Notes: generated by a model from the sequence alone, not told the origin. Counted from the stretch's first letter, positions 26,001 through 34,876 are shown. The stretch: 64,000 nt of DNA from a virus (IMGVR_UViG_3300026493_000002), one strand, 5' to 3'. Numbers and translations are program-made.

Positions 26001-27858
26001 GGACGTTGACGTGGATGAAGCACTGACGTCCAACAGCGCGCGAGTGCTGGAGAACTTGGTGCTTCCCGAGCAGCTGTGGGTAGAGCCGTTCACCGACGTG
26101 GCCCTGATGAAGAACGGAGTCAACGTCGGCCATTCGACCACAGTGGTGAAGAACGACCGCATCGAGGTGATTGCCCGCAGTCCCAACAGCTACGACAGTG
26201 TTCGGTCGGTGCACGTCTACAGCTACAAGCACAACACCGCGTTTGAAATGCTCACCACCGAGGACGTGTTCCCCGATTACATCGTGTTCCCGACCGTACA
26301 GAATGCCGTCGTGAAGGACATGGTGGAGAGTGACACGATGGAGGTCAGCGGCCTTGCGGCTGGTGTCTCCGTGCGGTGCATCGTGAGCATGAGTGCTGGC
26401 ACCATTCAAGAGGCCGAACTGGAACTGTTCATCAACGATGCGAAGGTAGATCCGACAGCAGAACTGATGGTCAAGAACGGCGACACCCTCAAGGTGCGTC
26501 TGCGCGTGGTCAACGTGTCGTGGAATGGCAACAGCCTGTACGTGCTGTTCCGTACCGATCGACCGTTCGACTTCGGTGAGTTTGCGATTCGTACCGCGTA
26601 CCTTGAAGGTGCAGTGCGTCCGCCGAACGGTTGGATGCACGACTACCCGATGGGCACTGCTATCGAAGACGGCTATCACCATGCGGCACAGAGTCCGGAA
26701 GTGGGCTATGACCGTATGAAGATCATCGGCGAAGAGCAGATTTCCGGTGTCGAGCGCGATGCGGTTGTAACCACCGACAGCGTACACAGCCTGCTGGATG
26801 CGGTGCTGTATGACATTGAGGCCATGCAGTCCATTCTGGAAGTGGTCGATGTTCTCCAGACGGAACGCAATGCGGTTGGCACTGTGGCTGATACCGATAT
26901 CGAGGGCTACGACAGGGCTGAGGACAACACGGCGACGTTCGTGGACGTCAGCGGCTACAGTCGTGCGGAGTTCAACCCGATGACCCTCATTGACGTGGAC
27001 AGTTACGAGGTCACCAGCCTGTACAGCTTTGAGACGTCTCAGGAAGGTATGCCGACTGATGGCTATATGTCGTCCGCAGCTGGCGCCATCAAGATCGCGG
27101 AGAACGCCGGCTGGTTGAAGCATCTGCCCGTCGTGTTCACCAACACCAGTCGCGCGCTGTACGACGTGTTTGAGCCCAACGTGCTTCTGCCTGTGAGGGC
27201 CGAGTACGAAAAGATCGGCACGTACGGAGTGTGGGAGTTCAAGGTAGCCTACTCGCGCCATGAGTATTTCAACGCGCATGACGTGTTCGCTGCCTACTAC
27301 ATTGACAACATGTACTCGACTGCGGAGTTCAGTGTCTCCTACATGGGGCACAGTCCGTTGTCGCAGATCCCGGTCGTCAACAAGTGGCTCCAGTCGGCAC
27401 TGCATTCGTTCCACGTGGTGAACACCTTCTGGCGCTACGTGCCGATGCTGCACACCGAGAAGTTCGGTGCAACGGCCGAGAAGCTGCGCACGCGCTCCAT
27501 GTTTGACGTGGGCAGCAGCTATGACCGACGCGCACTGCGGCACATCAACTTCATGGATGACGTTGGCTATGACGTCCGTGAGATTCGTGCGATCAAGCTC
27601 AACATCGACGTGCAGTACATTCGACCGGCCAACATCGGGTTCGATGACTTCACCTACACGGCAGCATGGGAGAGGGCGTTCGATACTGAGGAAGCTGCAA
27701 TTGCAGCCGGCTTGGCGTTCGAGCATCCGACGGTATACGGAAAGCAGCTGTACGATAATTTCTGGATGTGGCACATTCCGGGGCTTATCACTCGCGTCGA
27801 GTGTGCGAACACCTCGCTGCGTCCCACCGTTGTCAAGGGCTATGTGCAGGGCGGTTGA
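23074..27858 (+). CDS. Giant (~1590 aa) putative receptor-binding/virion protein with two YVTN/YncE-like beta-propellers and repeated beta-sandwich units
   Basis: IPTGTRPTGIAVS..HVWIANS.DNTV and VKVGHLPYAMA..HVFTANFGS.SVS repeats; five ...KNG.......V..GD.I.V units. Confidence 0.75.
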   Translation: MTKLFPTQFDTPTNSTVTSAEFVAEADGSYTVSGGATLVVNGVVAGASASIVEDDRVALRMVSSGDYASARHAVLSIDGVQQQVWTVVTVNDPTVYANPLFFDLDLYEIERDAQGVEYAPYSVYNRALLFNLIGAAGSVSLANGVKSPTPALTSSMPICSYYDKRVDLLGVSEKALVRSYAIDGRPYQAVRVPRDPNAQMLTFDTWVTVSDGARVDVIGSDHEKAFEIPTGTRPTGIAVSANYRHVWIANSADNTVLHLEWNGTTWTRTTVSVSQNPVYIVVDSLNNAYVSCFASDRLTKITPANVTSSIIVGQSPRGVFCSGAVVWAAVFGEGKIVRIEDDAIVAEVEVALCPYAVGQNADGTILASCFSTSELFHINPFGNNEITKREQVARFPYAIQNVDSLCVVSCLWQGTPELTYVLDQTPFRFTFDSPESVARNAAIRTNRFRVEGINVETSVSVSPMFNAIVVKNGAAVGVNTTVVRGDTLQVNYTSPALPEEEFELELVVGTFSNVMQTKTVALDTLVDAFDIPAVVAAELNTEYTSQEVTIGGLEVPTELSINSGILIKNGVALDSIAVEVQNGDKIQIRMTSAATNSTPVFSTLTVGAFEEVWSVFTKDEVGSTVYQPVIDAGKTLFDLINFNAQSANIDPVNDMLYRYNANTMGAPVEYAVTNAAVGNGSNSKENLYVMDAARKRVVFMDVDDASVPGVEAIYQLDGIPYAVTAGPMVAMGRLATSQYATVYDKDKIVKLGTNVSLPLISGAKPMGIACSNYNVMYVAGADGFLHVFTYDEGSKTFSFNTILGVPNGGRLCDLMFDDTSLFVSDLTSGSVHKLVSGFYVETVKVGHLPYAMAQSDTHVFTANFGSASVSKFPKSNGAGAVVTVNLPPGASQPTSITVDKARNRLFVACPREKRIYELNADTLAVTRTINALGYIWGLQMRDSSLMALSMWGNLLEKNAVGAVRTSPTSLVFAPQMDVDVDEALTSNSARVLENLVLPEQLWVEPFTDVALMKNGVNVGHSTTVVKNDRIEVIARSPNSYDSVRSVHVYSYKHNTAFEMLTTEDVFPDYIVFPTVQNAVVKDMVESDTMEVSGLAAGVSVRCIVSMSAGTIQEAELELFINDAKVDPTAELMVKNGDTLKVRLRVVNVSWNGNSLYVLFRTDRPFDFGEFAIRTAYLEGAVRPPNGWMHDYPMGTAIEDGYHHAAQSPEVGYDRMKIIGEEQISGVERDAVVTTDSVHSLLDAVLYDIEAMQSILEVVDVLQTERNAVGTVADTDIEGYDRAEDNTATFVDVSGYSRAEFNPMTLIDVDSYEVTSLYSFETSQEGMPTDGYMSSAAGAIKIAENAGWLKHLPVVFTNTSRALYDVFEPNVLLPVRAEYEKIGTYGVWEFKVAYSRHEYFNAHDVFAAYYIDNMYSTAEFSVSYMGHSPLSQIPVVNKWLQSALHSFHVVNTFWRYVPMLHTEKFGATAEKLRTRSMFDVGSSYDRRALRHINFMDDVGYDVREIRAIKLNIDVQYIRPANIGFDDFTYTAAWERAFDTEEAAIAAGLAFEHPTVYGKQLYDNFWMWHIPGLITRVECANTSLRPTVVKGYVQGG

Positions 27859-27893
27859 TTCCGCCCTGCTGTTTCATCTACAGGAGACGGCAC

Positions 27894-28580
27894 GTGTCGG
27901 CCATCAGTACGCCACCGAAGATTCACCACTTCATCCCCATCAACGTCGCTCGCGTGCAGAACGTCAAGTCTCCGCCGTACGGTGCGCCCGAAGCTCTGGG
28001 CGAGTATCGCCGTACCCAGTTGAATGCAGGCGCGTTGTCGTACACGTTCCCGGAGAGCCACTACCCGCTGCGTGTCGATGACATTCTGCTGGAGAACGTG
28101 ATGGATCGGCGCATCATGCCGAATCGTCAGGCGCCACGACCGGGAGCGGGTAACACCGTCGTGTTCCGGCACGAACTGTTCGACTACAATCTGGAGACGC
28201 GCACGCTGACGTTCCATGGCGCGCTCGGCATTCCAGTCACGATGCACTGGTTCAACATGGGCAAAGCTCGCGCATGGAACGACCAGTGGATCAACCTGCC
28301 GTTGAAGTCGCTGCTGATTCAGGGCAGCAACTACATCGACCAGACGTTGATCCCACCGGACGAGACGGGCCTTACCGGCAAGTACCAAGGTTCGTGCCCG
28401 TGTTACCTCGAACTGGTGTCGCAGACCAAGCAAGGCATCGTGCGGTTGAACGATGCACTGGACGGCTTCTCGTACCGTGGCCGCGTTGGCTTCACTGGTG
28501 CGGATAGCTTTGAATTTCTCATTTACAACAGCTGGGGTCAGGTGTCGGACGTGTGTTGCTACACGCTGCAATGCTCCTAA
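27894..28580 (+). CDS. Hypothetical virion protein with C-terminal Big_9/cadherin-like motif
   Basis: GFSYRGRVGFTGADSFEF; SD aggag before GTG 27894. Confidence 0.6.
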   Translation: MSAISTPPKIHHFIPINVARVQNVKSPPYGAPEALGEYRRTQLNAGALSYTFPESHYPLRVDDILLENVMDRRIMPNRQAPRPGAGNTVVFRHELFDYNLETRTLTFHGALGIPVTMHWFNMGKARAWNDQWINLPLKSLLIQGSNYIDQTLIPPDETGLTGKYQGSCPCYLELVSQTKQGIVRLNDALDGFSYRGRVGFTGADSFEFLIYNSWGQVSDVCCYTLQCS

Positions 28581-28591
28581 GGGGAACCAAC

Positions 28592-29122
28592 ATGACGTTC
28601 ATCTACACCGCAATAATCAACTGGCTCAGGAGATTCATCATGGACAAGATCAGCGACACCGCGAAAGAAAAGGCGAGCGCCGAGTGGAAGCGCGTCAAGA
28701 AGCGGGCGAAGGCGACGGGCGGCTTCTTCGCGACCTACTGGAAGGAGTTCGTGATCGCAGGTGTGCTGATTGCCACGCTCGCGTTCAGCCACCAGTTCGT
28801 CTTCAAGCGCGGTATCGCCAAGTCCGATGCTGCGTGGGTTGCCAAGTACAACGCGGCAGTGGACGACTTCAACAAACGCATCGACGCAATGAAGCAGTCG
28901 AGCAGCGAAGTGGCTGATGGCACCGACAAGAAGATCGAGAAGACCACGAACGCACTGGACCGTGAAGAGCAGCGTGTCGCCGACAAGGCCGCGCAGCAGG
29001 AGCGGGACCGCATCAAGTCCGGCACGATCTGCCCCAACACCATCGACTTGAACGGGAAGATGCCGCCCGAGTTCTTCGAGTCGTGGAACCGCATGAACGC
29101 CGCTGGCGCCCAGTCCAAATAA
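28592..29122 (+). CDS. Inner-membrane spanin (Rz-like)
   Basis: Single TM (FVIAGVLIATLAF) then coiled coil with C-terminal Cys; directly upstream of a lipoprotein. Alternative start at 28640. Confidence 0.7.
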   Translation: MTFIYTAIINWLRRFIMDKISDTAKEKASAEWKRVKKRAKATGGFFATYWKEFVIAGVLIATLAFSHQFVFKRGIAKSDAAWVAKYNAAVDDFNKRIDAMKQSSSEVADGTDKKIEKTTNALDREEQRVADKAAQQERDRIKSGTICPNTIDLNGKMPPEFFESWNRMNAAGAQSK

Positions 29123-29133
29123 GGAGATAGACG

Positions 29134-29520
29134 ATGAAAGCAATGATGCGTGTCGCCATGCTGGTGCTGATTGCACTGGTGCTGGTAGGCTGTAAGTCGG
29201 CAGCGTCCAAAGTGGTGCTGAACACCGGCAAGGAAACTCCGGTCTTGGTTGAGTCGCCCGTGAGCGGCAAGCCCCTGACCGAGACCAAAAAGCAGATCGA
29301 ACTGGACGAACGCATGTTGGCGTTGTGCCCTGTGCCTCTGCCGCCGATCCAGATCATGAAGGGTCGCGCGCTGGATGCGCTGGGCATCAAGAAGGCGGAG
29401 ACTGCCATCTACTACGACTGCGCCAACAGGCACAACGACCTGGTCAAGTTCCTCGCTGACAAGCTGGGCATCGTGCCCGGACCGAAGCAGTCGGCCAACG
29501 ATCCACCTTCCGGTAAGTGA
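29134..29520 (+). CDS. Outer-membrane spanin lipoprotein (Rz1-like, separated type)
   Basis: Signal peptide with lipobox LVGC, Pro-rich LCPVPLPP, YYDCANRHNDLV. Confidence 0.75.
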   Translation: MKAMMRVAMLVLIALVLVGCKSAASKVVLNTGKETPVLVESPVSGKPLTETKKQIELDERMLALCPVPLPPIQIMKGRALDALGIKKAETAIYYDCANRHNDLVKFLADKLGIVPGPKQSANDPPSGK

Positions 29521-29526
29521 AACGAA

Positions 29527-29550
29527 AACGGGGCCCCTAGGGGCCCCGTT
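29527..29550. terminator. Perfect 24-bp palindrome, probable bidirectional terminator at the convergence of the two arms (copy 1)
   Basis: aacggggcccctaggggccccgtt is its own reverse complement. Confidence 0.8.
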
Positions 29551-29884
29551 CGCGTATCCGTCTTTTGAACCGCAGGGTGTACGTTTGATAGTCGACCTTG
29601 AATCCCTTGAGCTTGAACTGTCCTTCGAGAATTGGCATCTTCAAGGTGTAGCCTGGCTTCGGCACGCTGCACGAACTGACGCACAGGGAGAACTTGAGGT
29701 TCTTGGCCGCACGGAGAACTGAGCGCGCTCGATCCCGCTCTACTCCTTTCGCAAGGCCGAGCTTCACGATCAGTACCGCATCGCCAACGCTCGGGAAATC
29801 GTATTCCAGGCTGAGGACGTCTTCACCCAACGTGGACGACAATTTACCGCTGGAATTGAACAAAATGGTCGAAAAAGTGGTCAT
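29537..29884 (-). CDS. Hypothetical protein (stop codon at the palindrome centre)
   Basis: ORF overlapping the upstream gene by ATGA; lower GC than flanks. Confidence 0.45.
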   Translation of the reverse strand: MTTFSTILFNSSGKLSSTLGEDVLSLEYDFPSVGDAVLIVKLGLAKGVERDRARSVLRAAKNLKFSLCVSSCSVPKPGYTLKMPILEGQFKLKGFKVDYQTYTLRFKRRIRERGP

Positions 29885-30159
29885 TGCAGTGTTTGTACGA
29901 GAGGGACCAAAATACCACCCTTTTTCATCGAAGGAAAAGCGTCCGTGTGGCGCCTTTCCGCTTCCCTCAGGGCTTTGAAAACGTCGATTGGGAAGCCCTG
30001 CCGCGGAACGTCACGCCCCTTCTCCTGGAGCAACAGGTTGTCCATGTACTCTGGGAACTCCGGATGACCCCAGAACACCGAAAGGCTTTCTACGATATGC
30101 GGATACGGCATAAGGTGATTGGTAACAAGATCCTGTATTGCTTCGGGTATTTTGGCCAT
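29881..30159 (-). CDS. Small helical protein with YPHI...L...WG..EF..Y...LL...R.GFP..VF motif
   Basis: Motif I recognise from small betaproteobacterial hypothetical proteins; function unknown. Confidence 0.65.
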   Translation of the reverse strand: MAKIPEAIQDLVTNHLMPYPHIVESLSVFWGHPEFPEYMDNLLLQEKGRDVPRQGFPIDVFKALREAERRHTDAFPSMKKGGILVPLVQTLQ

Positions 30160-30203
30160 GGCAGCAGGCTCGATGTAGGATGCGTATGGTTTACAGAAAC
30201 AGG

Positions 30204-30227
30204 AACGGGGCCCCTAGGGGCCCCGTT
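30204..30227. repeat. Perfect 24-bp palindrome, copy 2 (terminator for the minus-strand operon ending at 30251)
   Basis: Identical to 29527-29550. Confidence 0.85.
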
Positions 30228-30250
30228 TGCATTTGCCTAGTTGTAGGCGA

Positions 30251-32020
30251 TCACTCGCTCTGCGGACTCTTGCTGTACTCGGGCGGGGTGGAATCTTCTT
30301 CCTCGTATTCCTCCTCGCCTTCGGTGTCATCGACCGCAGTGGCATCGTTGGGATCGGTGTCGAACTCGACGCCACCCGACTTCTCTTCGCCAGCGGACGG
30401 CTGCTCGTGGTCAGCACCAACCTCTTCGGCGACCGCTTCTTCCAGCAGTTCAGTCTCGGCCGCAGCGCGACGGTCCAGGCTGTACTCGTTGTAGAAGGTG
30501 GCACCGCAGTTGTTGCAGCGTGCACCACTCAGGTCATCCACGATGCGGATCTTGCCGTCGAGTTCGATGGTGTCGCTCTCGCCGCCGAACGGCACGCAGT
30601 CGCCAGCGTTGCAGGTCGGGCACGGGTAGGTGGGCGGCACGTCATCGCCTTCCGGACTGACCGGGACCATCACGTCATCGTCGCGCAGTTCCATTTCCTG
30701 CATGTTCGACAGGTCGACGTCCTTGTTCTCCGGCAACTCGAAGTAGCCAGCGGTATCGACGTGAACCATCGGCACGGATTGACCACGTGCGGCCGACGGT
30801 GCAGTGCCAATGTCCAGTTCGACGGGATCGGTACTGTTGAAGCCCGGATCTTCCTGGGTGTCATTGACCTGATCGCCAGTCGTGCTGTCGATCTTGGTGT
30901 CCGACTGCTGCTGTTCTTCCTCTTCCTCGCCATCAGCCTCGATGGCCGGCAGCTGGTCGAACGTCGGCAGGCTTTCACCCGTCTGTTCCGCAGCGAAGGT
31001 CTGCACCACGACCGGCGCTTCCTTGCTGTCGGTCACTTCGGCAGTGAGCGTCAACACCAGCGGCTCCACGTCGCCACGCTTGCGCTCGGCACGAATCTCG
31101 ATGGTGTAGGTACCGATCGGAGAACCGTTGCCGCCCAGTTCGGTGCCCGGCAGCTGATCGACGTAGAACGTCACGCGCTGGATGTTCTGGCAGATGTTGC
31201 CGTAGCCCGTGGTGTAGCTGTCCACGATATCCAGCACGGCGTCGTCACTGACCAGGTGGAAGGTGCCGTTGTTGAAATTGCCGTTGAAGCGCAGCAGTTC
31301 ACCGTTCGGCGCCTCGATGGTCATCGTGAGGTCGTACAGGTCGGTGATGTTGTTGCCGTTGACCTCGTTCAGCAGCAGCATCGAGAACACCCAGGCCCAG
31401 TCCTTCTTGGTTGCGAAGGTGGAGTCCTCGAGGTCGATCGCGTAGACGCCTTCCTGCGACTCGAAGGTCTGGATCACACGGTAGAAGCGGATGGCAGCAG
31501 CCAGCTCCAGTTCACCGTTGTTGACCACGACCATGTTGTCAGCGGGGTTGCCAGTGCCGACCTTCAACGAAGGCAGGTTAGGCTTCAACGCCTTCTCGTT
31601 CGGCAGCACGTTGTACTGCGTCACGGGATCGGTGATGATCGACAGGTCGTGTTCCGCCTCTTCGTTCGGATCGGGCAGCGCCGGCAGGGGCGGCAACGGC
31701 AGCGGAGCGTTGTGTTCCGCGTAGTCGCTCACCAGCAGGCTGCTCACGTTCGGATCGGAACCCAGGTCGGCCCACTCGGGACCGTTGTCGCCCGGCGTGC
31801 GATGCTGGAACGTGCGCTCCTTCGGGTTGTACAGGACGGTGCCGAGCGGCGCACTGGCCAGCGGCTCTTCGGACACCACGAAGTTGATCGTGCCCTTACC
31901 GTCTTCGCTCATTACCGGGAACGCGATGGCGCCCTTGCCGCGATAGCCTTTCTGTTCGGCCAGCATGGCGAAGCGTGCGCCCAGCGAGAGCGCCGGGATA
32001 TTGGAAATGGAACCGGTCAT
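30251..32020 (-). CDS. Acidic multi-domain protein with C-terminal YgiT/MqsA-type zinc finger
   Basis: YPCPTCNAG...IVDDLSGARCNNCGATFY; long D/E-rich linkers. Confidence 0.7.
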   Translation of the reverse strand: MTGSISNIPALSLGARFAMLAEQKGYRGKGAIAFPVMSEDGKGTINFVVSEEPLASAPLGTVLYNPKERTFQHRTPGDNGPEWADLGSDPNVSSLLVSDYAEHNAPLPLPPLPALPDPNEEAEHDLSIITDPVTQYNVLPNEKALKPNLPSLKVGTGNPADNMVVVNNGELELAAAIRFYRVIQTFESQEGVYAIDLEDSTFATKKDWAWVFSMLLLNEVNGNNITDLYDLTMTIEAPNGELLRFNGNFNNGTFHLVSDDAVLDIVDSYTTGYGNICQNIQRVTFYVDQLPGTELGGNGSPIGTYTIEIRAERKRGDVEPLVLTLTAEVTDSKEAPVVVQTFAAEQTGESLPTFDQLPAIEADGEEEEEQQQSDTKIDSTTGDQVNDTQEDPGFNSTDPVELDIGTAPSAARGQSVPMVHVDTAGYFELPENKDVDLSNMQEMELRDDDVMVPVSPEGDDVPPTYPCPTCNAGDCVPFGGESDTIELDGKIRIVDDLSGARCNNCGATFYNEYSLDRRAAAETELLEEAVAEEVGADHEQPSAGEEKSGGVEFDTDPNDATAVDDTEGEEEYEEEDSTPPEYSKSPQSE

Positions 32021-33831
32021 GCCTTTACCTCCTCTTGATCTTTCTTGGATTGGTCAACCAGCCAGCTCACGAAGCGCTTGGACAGGTCTTCCAGTTCGGT
32101 GTCGCTCAGCTTGTCCTTGCGTTCGGCCTTGGCCAGCTCTTCTTCGGACTCGTCGTGAATATCGTCATCCCACGAGGCCGACTCGGAGGCAGAATCGCCG
32201 CCGGAGAACTTGAAGCCACCGCCTTCAACAAACTTGGCGACGTAGTGGTGCATGGGACCCGGACCAGCGAGAGCGCCAATGCCTGCACCGACACCAACGA
32301 CGACGATAGCGCTGGCGAGCAGCGCCAAGCCCTTGATGGCCTTGCGCTTGTCTTCATCGTCACCGGTGCCATTGAGCATACGCTTCATGCTGCCGAGCGT
32401 GGACTTGGACGCGCGCTGCTTCACGGCGTTGACAACCGGAGTGAAGAAGCCCTTCTTCTTGCTGGCTTCATGCAGCTGGTCGGCAGTCTCCGCATGGATC
32501 TGCGGCTCTTCCTCTTCCTCTTCCTCCTCTTCCTCGGAGTCGTTCTCGCTGTCACCGTCAGCGTCTTCGGTGTTGCCTTCGTTCGCTTCCTGCTCGGCAT
32601 CCATTTCCGCAACGAGGTCGTCGAGCACCTTGTCCTGCTCGTTGGTGAGTTCGGGAGCAACGTCCTCGCCGGGCTTCAAGCCCTCTTCCTGACGCTGCTC
32701 GTTGGCCTTCTCGGCCTGTTGGTCCAACTCCTTGACGACACGTACCGCATCCTTGCCCTTGCCAGCGAGACGCTTGTTGGCGCGGCGCTTCTTCTCGACC
32801 TTGCGGCGATAGGCACGTGCGTACTTGCTGTTCGGATGACGTTCGAGGTAGGAACGCTTTGCCTTGGGCGACAGCGAACGCCACCACGAACTCTCCTTGG
32901 CACGCAACGGGCTTGCCTTGGATTCGACAGTCATCAGTCCGTCGTTGTCGAAGGAGAAGCCGATCTTGCTCGGTGCGAATGCGGGTGGCGTCGGCTCGTC
33001 CTCGACGATGGCGATCATCACACGACTGATCGAGGACTGCCCTTCCATTTCCTCGCTGATCGGCTCTTCCTCGTCAGCGAACATTTCGGGGTTCTCGACC
33101 TCGTCCTCGACTTCATCGTCCAGTTCGTTCAACTCGTCGTCGTTAAGGTCGTCGCTGATGACCGGGAAGGTGATGTTGGACATGTTGTGGTCGACGCCGG
33201 GCTTGGCCCAACGATTGGGCGCACGCCAACGCATCGGGTCGATTTCAGCGATGCGACCGCGATACAGGCCGGCGTTGTTCATCGGACGACCCGCACCAGC
33301 GATAGCCTCCAGTTCACCCGACTCCTGCAACTCCACAAAGCGAGCGGCGAAGTCGAAGATACGCTGGCTGTGAGCGAGACTGATCTGAGCATCGAGCGCG
33401 CCCAGTTCGGTGTTCAGCGCCTGCTGTACGTCCTCGCGCTGGTTGTTCTCGTTGAAGCACGACGAGACGTGCTGTCCGGGTCGGCAACGGCAACGCATCG
33501 GACTGTTGCGGGAAGCGCGCCGTGCATCATCCTTGGTGAAGAAGCGGGACGGACCCGGCATCGCACCTTCGGCGTCTGCACGCCTCGCAGCCTCTCGCAG
33601 CGTCTCGACGGGAATACCACGTGGACGAACAGCCTGACCCGTTTGGTCCAGCTCGCCGACAGGGAAGCCATTGAGCTTGAGGATGTTCGTGTGGATGACC
33701 TCAGCGCGCTCTTCCACGTTCTCGGTACGTTGCTGCTGGGCCTTCTGCATTGCACGGTCCCACAGTGCAAGCAGGAACTGGATGATGGACTCTTCCAGTT
33801 CGGGAGAGAGGATCTTGGACTGTTCGCACAC
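32017..33831 (-). CDS. Hypothetical protein with acidic tracts, WW..L....Y...HP.SK motif and C-terminal hydrophobic hairpin
   Basis: SD aggag before GTG; overlaps the next gene by ATGA. Confidence 0.7.
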   Translation of the reverse strand: MCEQSKILSPELEESIIQFLLALWDRAMQKAQQQRTENVEERAEVIHTNILKLNGFPVGELDQTGQAVRPRGIPVETLREAARRADAEGAMPGPSRFFTKDDARRASRNSPMRCRCRPGQHVSSCFNENNQREDVQQALNTELGALDAQISLAHSQRIFDFAARFVELQESGELEAIAGAGRPMNNAGLYRGRIAEIDPMRWRAPNRWAKPGVDHNMSNITFPVISDDLNDDELNELDDEVEDEVENPEMFADEEEPISEEMEGQSSISRVMIAIVEDEPTPPAFAPSKIGFSFDNDGLMTVESKASPLRAKESSWWRSLSPKAKRSYLERHPNSKYARAYRRKVEKKRRANKRLAGKGKDAVRVVKELDQQAEKANEQRQEEGLKPGEDVAPELTNEQDKVLDDLVAEMDAEQEANEGNTEDADGDSENDSEEEEEEEEEEPQIHAETADQLHEASKKKGFFTPVVNAVKQRASKSTLGSMKRMLNGTGDDEDKRKAIKGLALLASAIVVVGVGAGIGALAGPGPMHHYVAKFVEGGGFKFSGGDSASESASWDDDIHDESEEELAKAERKDKLSDTELEDLSKRFVSWLVDQSKKDQEEVKA

Positions 33832-33843
33832 GATGGTGTTCTC

Positions 33844-34797
33844 CTAGGTGCCGGTGTATGGCACGTACTTGGGACGCCGCTCGCGCAGTACCTTTACCGG
33901 ATACTCGCGGCTGATCTGGAACAGGGAACGATTCCCGTACTCCTTCAATGGCGTCTTCGATTTGATGCTGTACTTCTCGACGTTGCCCCACCATCGGGTC
34001 GGGTCACAGCCTGCGGTGTTGAGGCACAGATTGCGATCCTTGATCGGGTTGCCGCCGTTGTAGAACGTGGCGAGGAACGCCATCTTGTTGTCGAGGTCAG
34101 CGGTCTCCCACTTGATCGAACCCCAGTTCACCTTGTTCTTGACCACGATGGCCATGATCTGCAAACGGGGATTGTAGCGATCTTCCCAGTCCCATCCGCG
34201 CAAACTGGGATGCTGAGTTTTGACCTCTGCCCACGCATCGAATCGCAGGCTGCCATCGGCACGCCATGCTTTCGTCAACTGCCCGAGCCCGAACCCGTAC
34301 TCACGACTTGTCTTGAGTTCGGCACGTGGGTTCCAGCACTTGGAATGAGTGAGCGTGATGCACGACTCCTGCTCGATCTGAGCGGGGAAGTAGGAACGCA
34401 TCGGCATGTCGGGCCACACTTCATCAATGGCAGCGATCACGTCCGGCATCAACTTCTCTGCATTCGCAGGAATCTTGGGAAGCGGCTTTGCAGGCTGCTT
34501 GACCTCTTCCGGAGGATGCACCTGTTCCGTGGCGATGGGCGTCGGCGTGGGTGCCGGCAGTTCGGGCTTCGGCGTCGGGATGGGCTCGGGCGGCATCGAC
34601 ACGTCGGGGACGTTGATACCGATTTCCTGCAACACAGGCTGTTCCTTTACAGCTTCCAGAACCTCACCCTGCACGTCCGAGTTGGCGCCAACCTGTTCCG
34701 CCAACTGCTCGCTCTGCTTCACTTCCTGGTCGACTTTCTTGGAGCAGCCAACGGTCATCAGCGCAGCGGCAAGCAGTACTCCGTAACGAATCTTCAT
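33844..34797 (-). CDS. Lipoprotein-anchored lytic transglycosylase (SLT-like; putative endolysin)
   Basis: MKIRYGVLLAAALMTVGC lipoprotein signal, Pro-rich linker, AQIEQES catalytic Glu motif, GFGLGQ, YNGG. Confidence 0.8.
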   Translation of the reverse strand: MKIRYGVLLAAALMTVGCSKKVDQEVKQSEQLAEQVGANSDVQGEVLEAVKEQPVLQEIGINVPDVSMPPEPIPTPKPELPAPTPTPIATEQVHPPEEVKQPAKPLPKIPANAEKLMPDVIAAIDEVWPDMPMRSYFPAQIEQESCITLTHSKCWNPRAELKTSREYGFGLGQLTKAWRADGSLRFDAWAEVKTQHPSLRGWDWEDRYNPRLQIMAIVVKNKVNWGSIKWETADLDNKMAFLATFYNGGNPIKDRNLCLNTAGCDPTRWWGNVEKYSIKSKTPLKEYGNRSLFQISREYPVKVLRERRPKYVPYTGT

Positions 34798-34876
34798 GTC
34801 AGGTCCTTGCGTTGGATGATGTGCTTCAACGGCAAACACCGGCTGTAGAGCTAGTCCACAGCCGGTGCCGTATCGC

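Noticed and set aside
29527-30227. CRISPR array from the repeated palindrome
   Set aside because: Only two copies, about 650 bp apart, with ORFs between; no spacer-sized periodicity and no cas genes.
3502-33844. Upstream-most starts given in the ORF track (e.g. 3502, 4236, 4549, 6086, 13828, 16458, 18927, 23011, 27768; minus-strand 34989)
   Set aside because: Downstream ATG/GTG codons have clear Shine-Dalgarno sites, avoid overlap with terminators or neighbours, or align with paralogue N-termini, so those starts were used instead.
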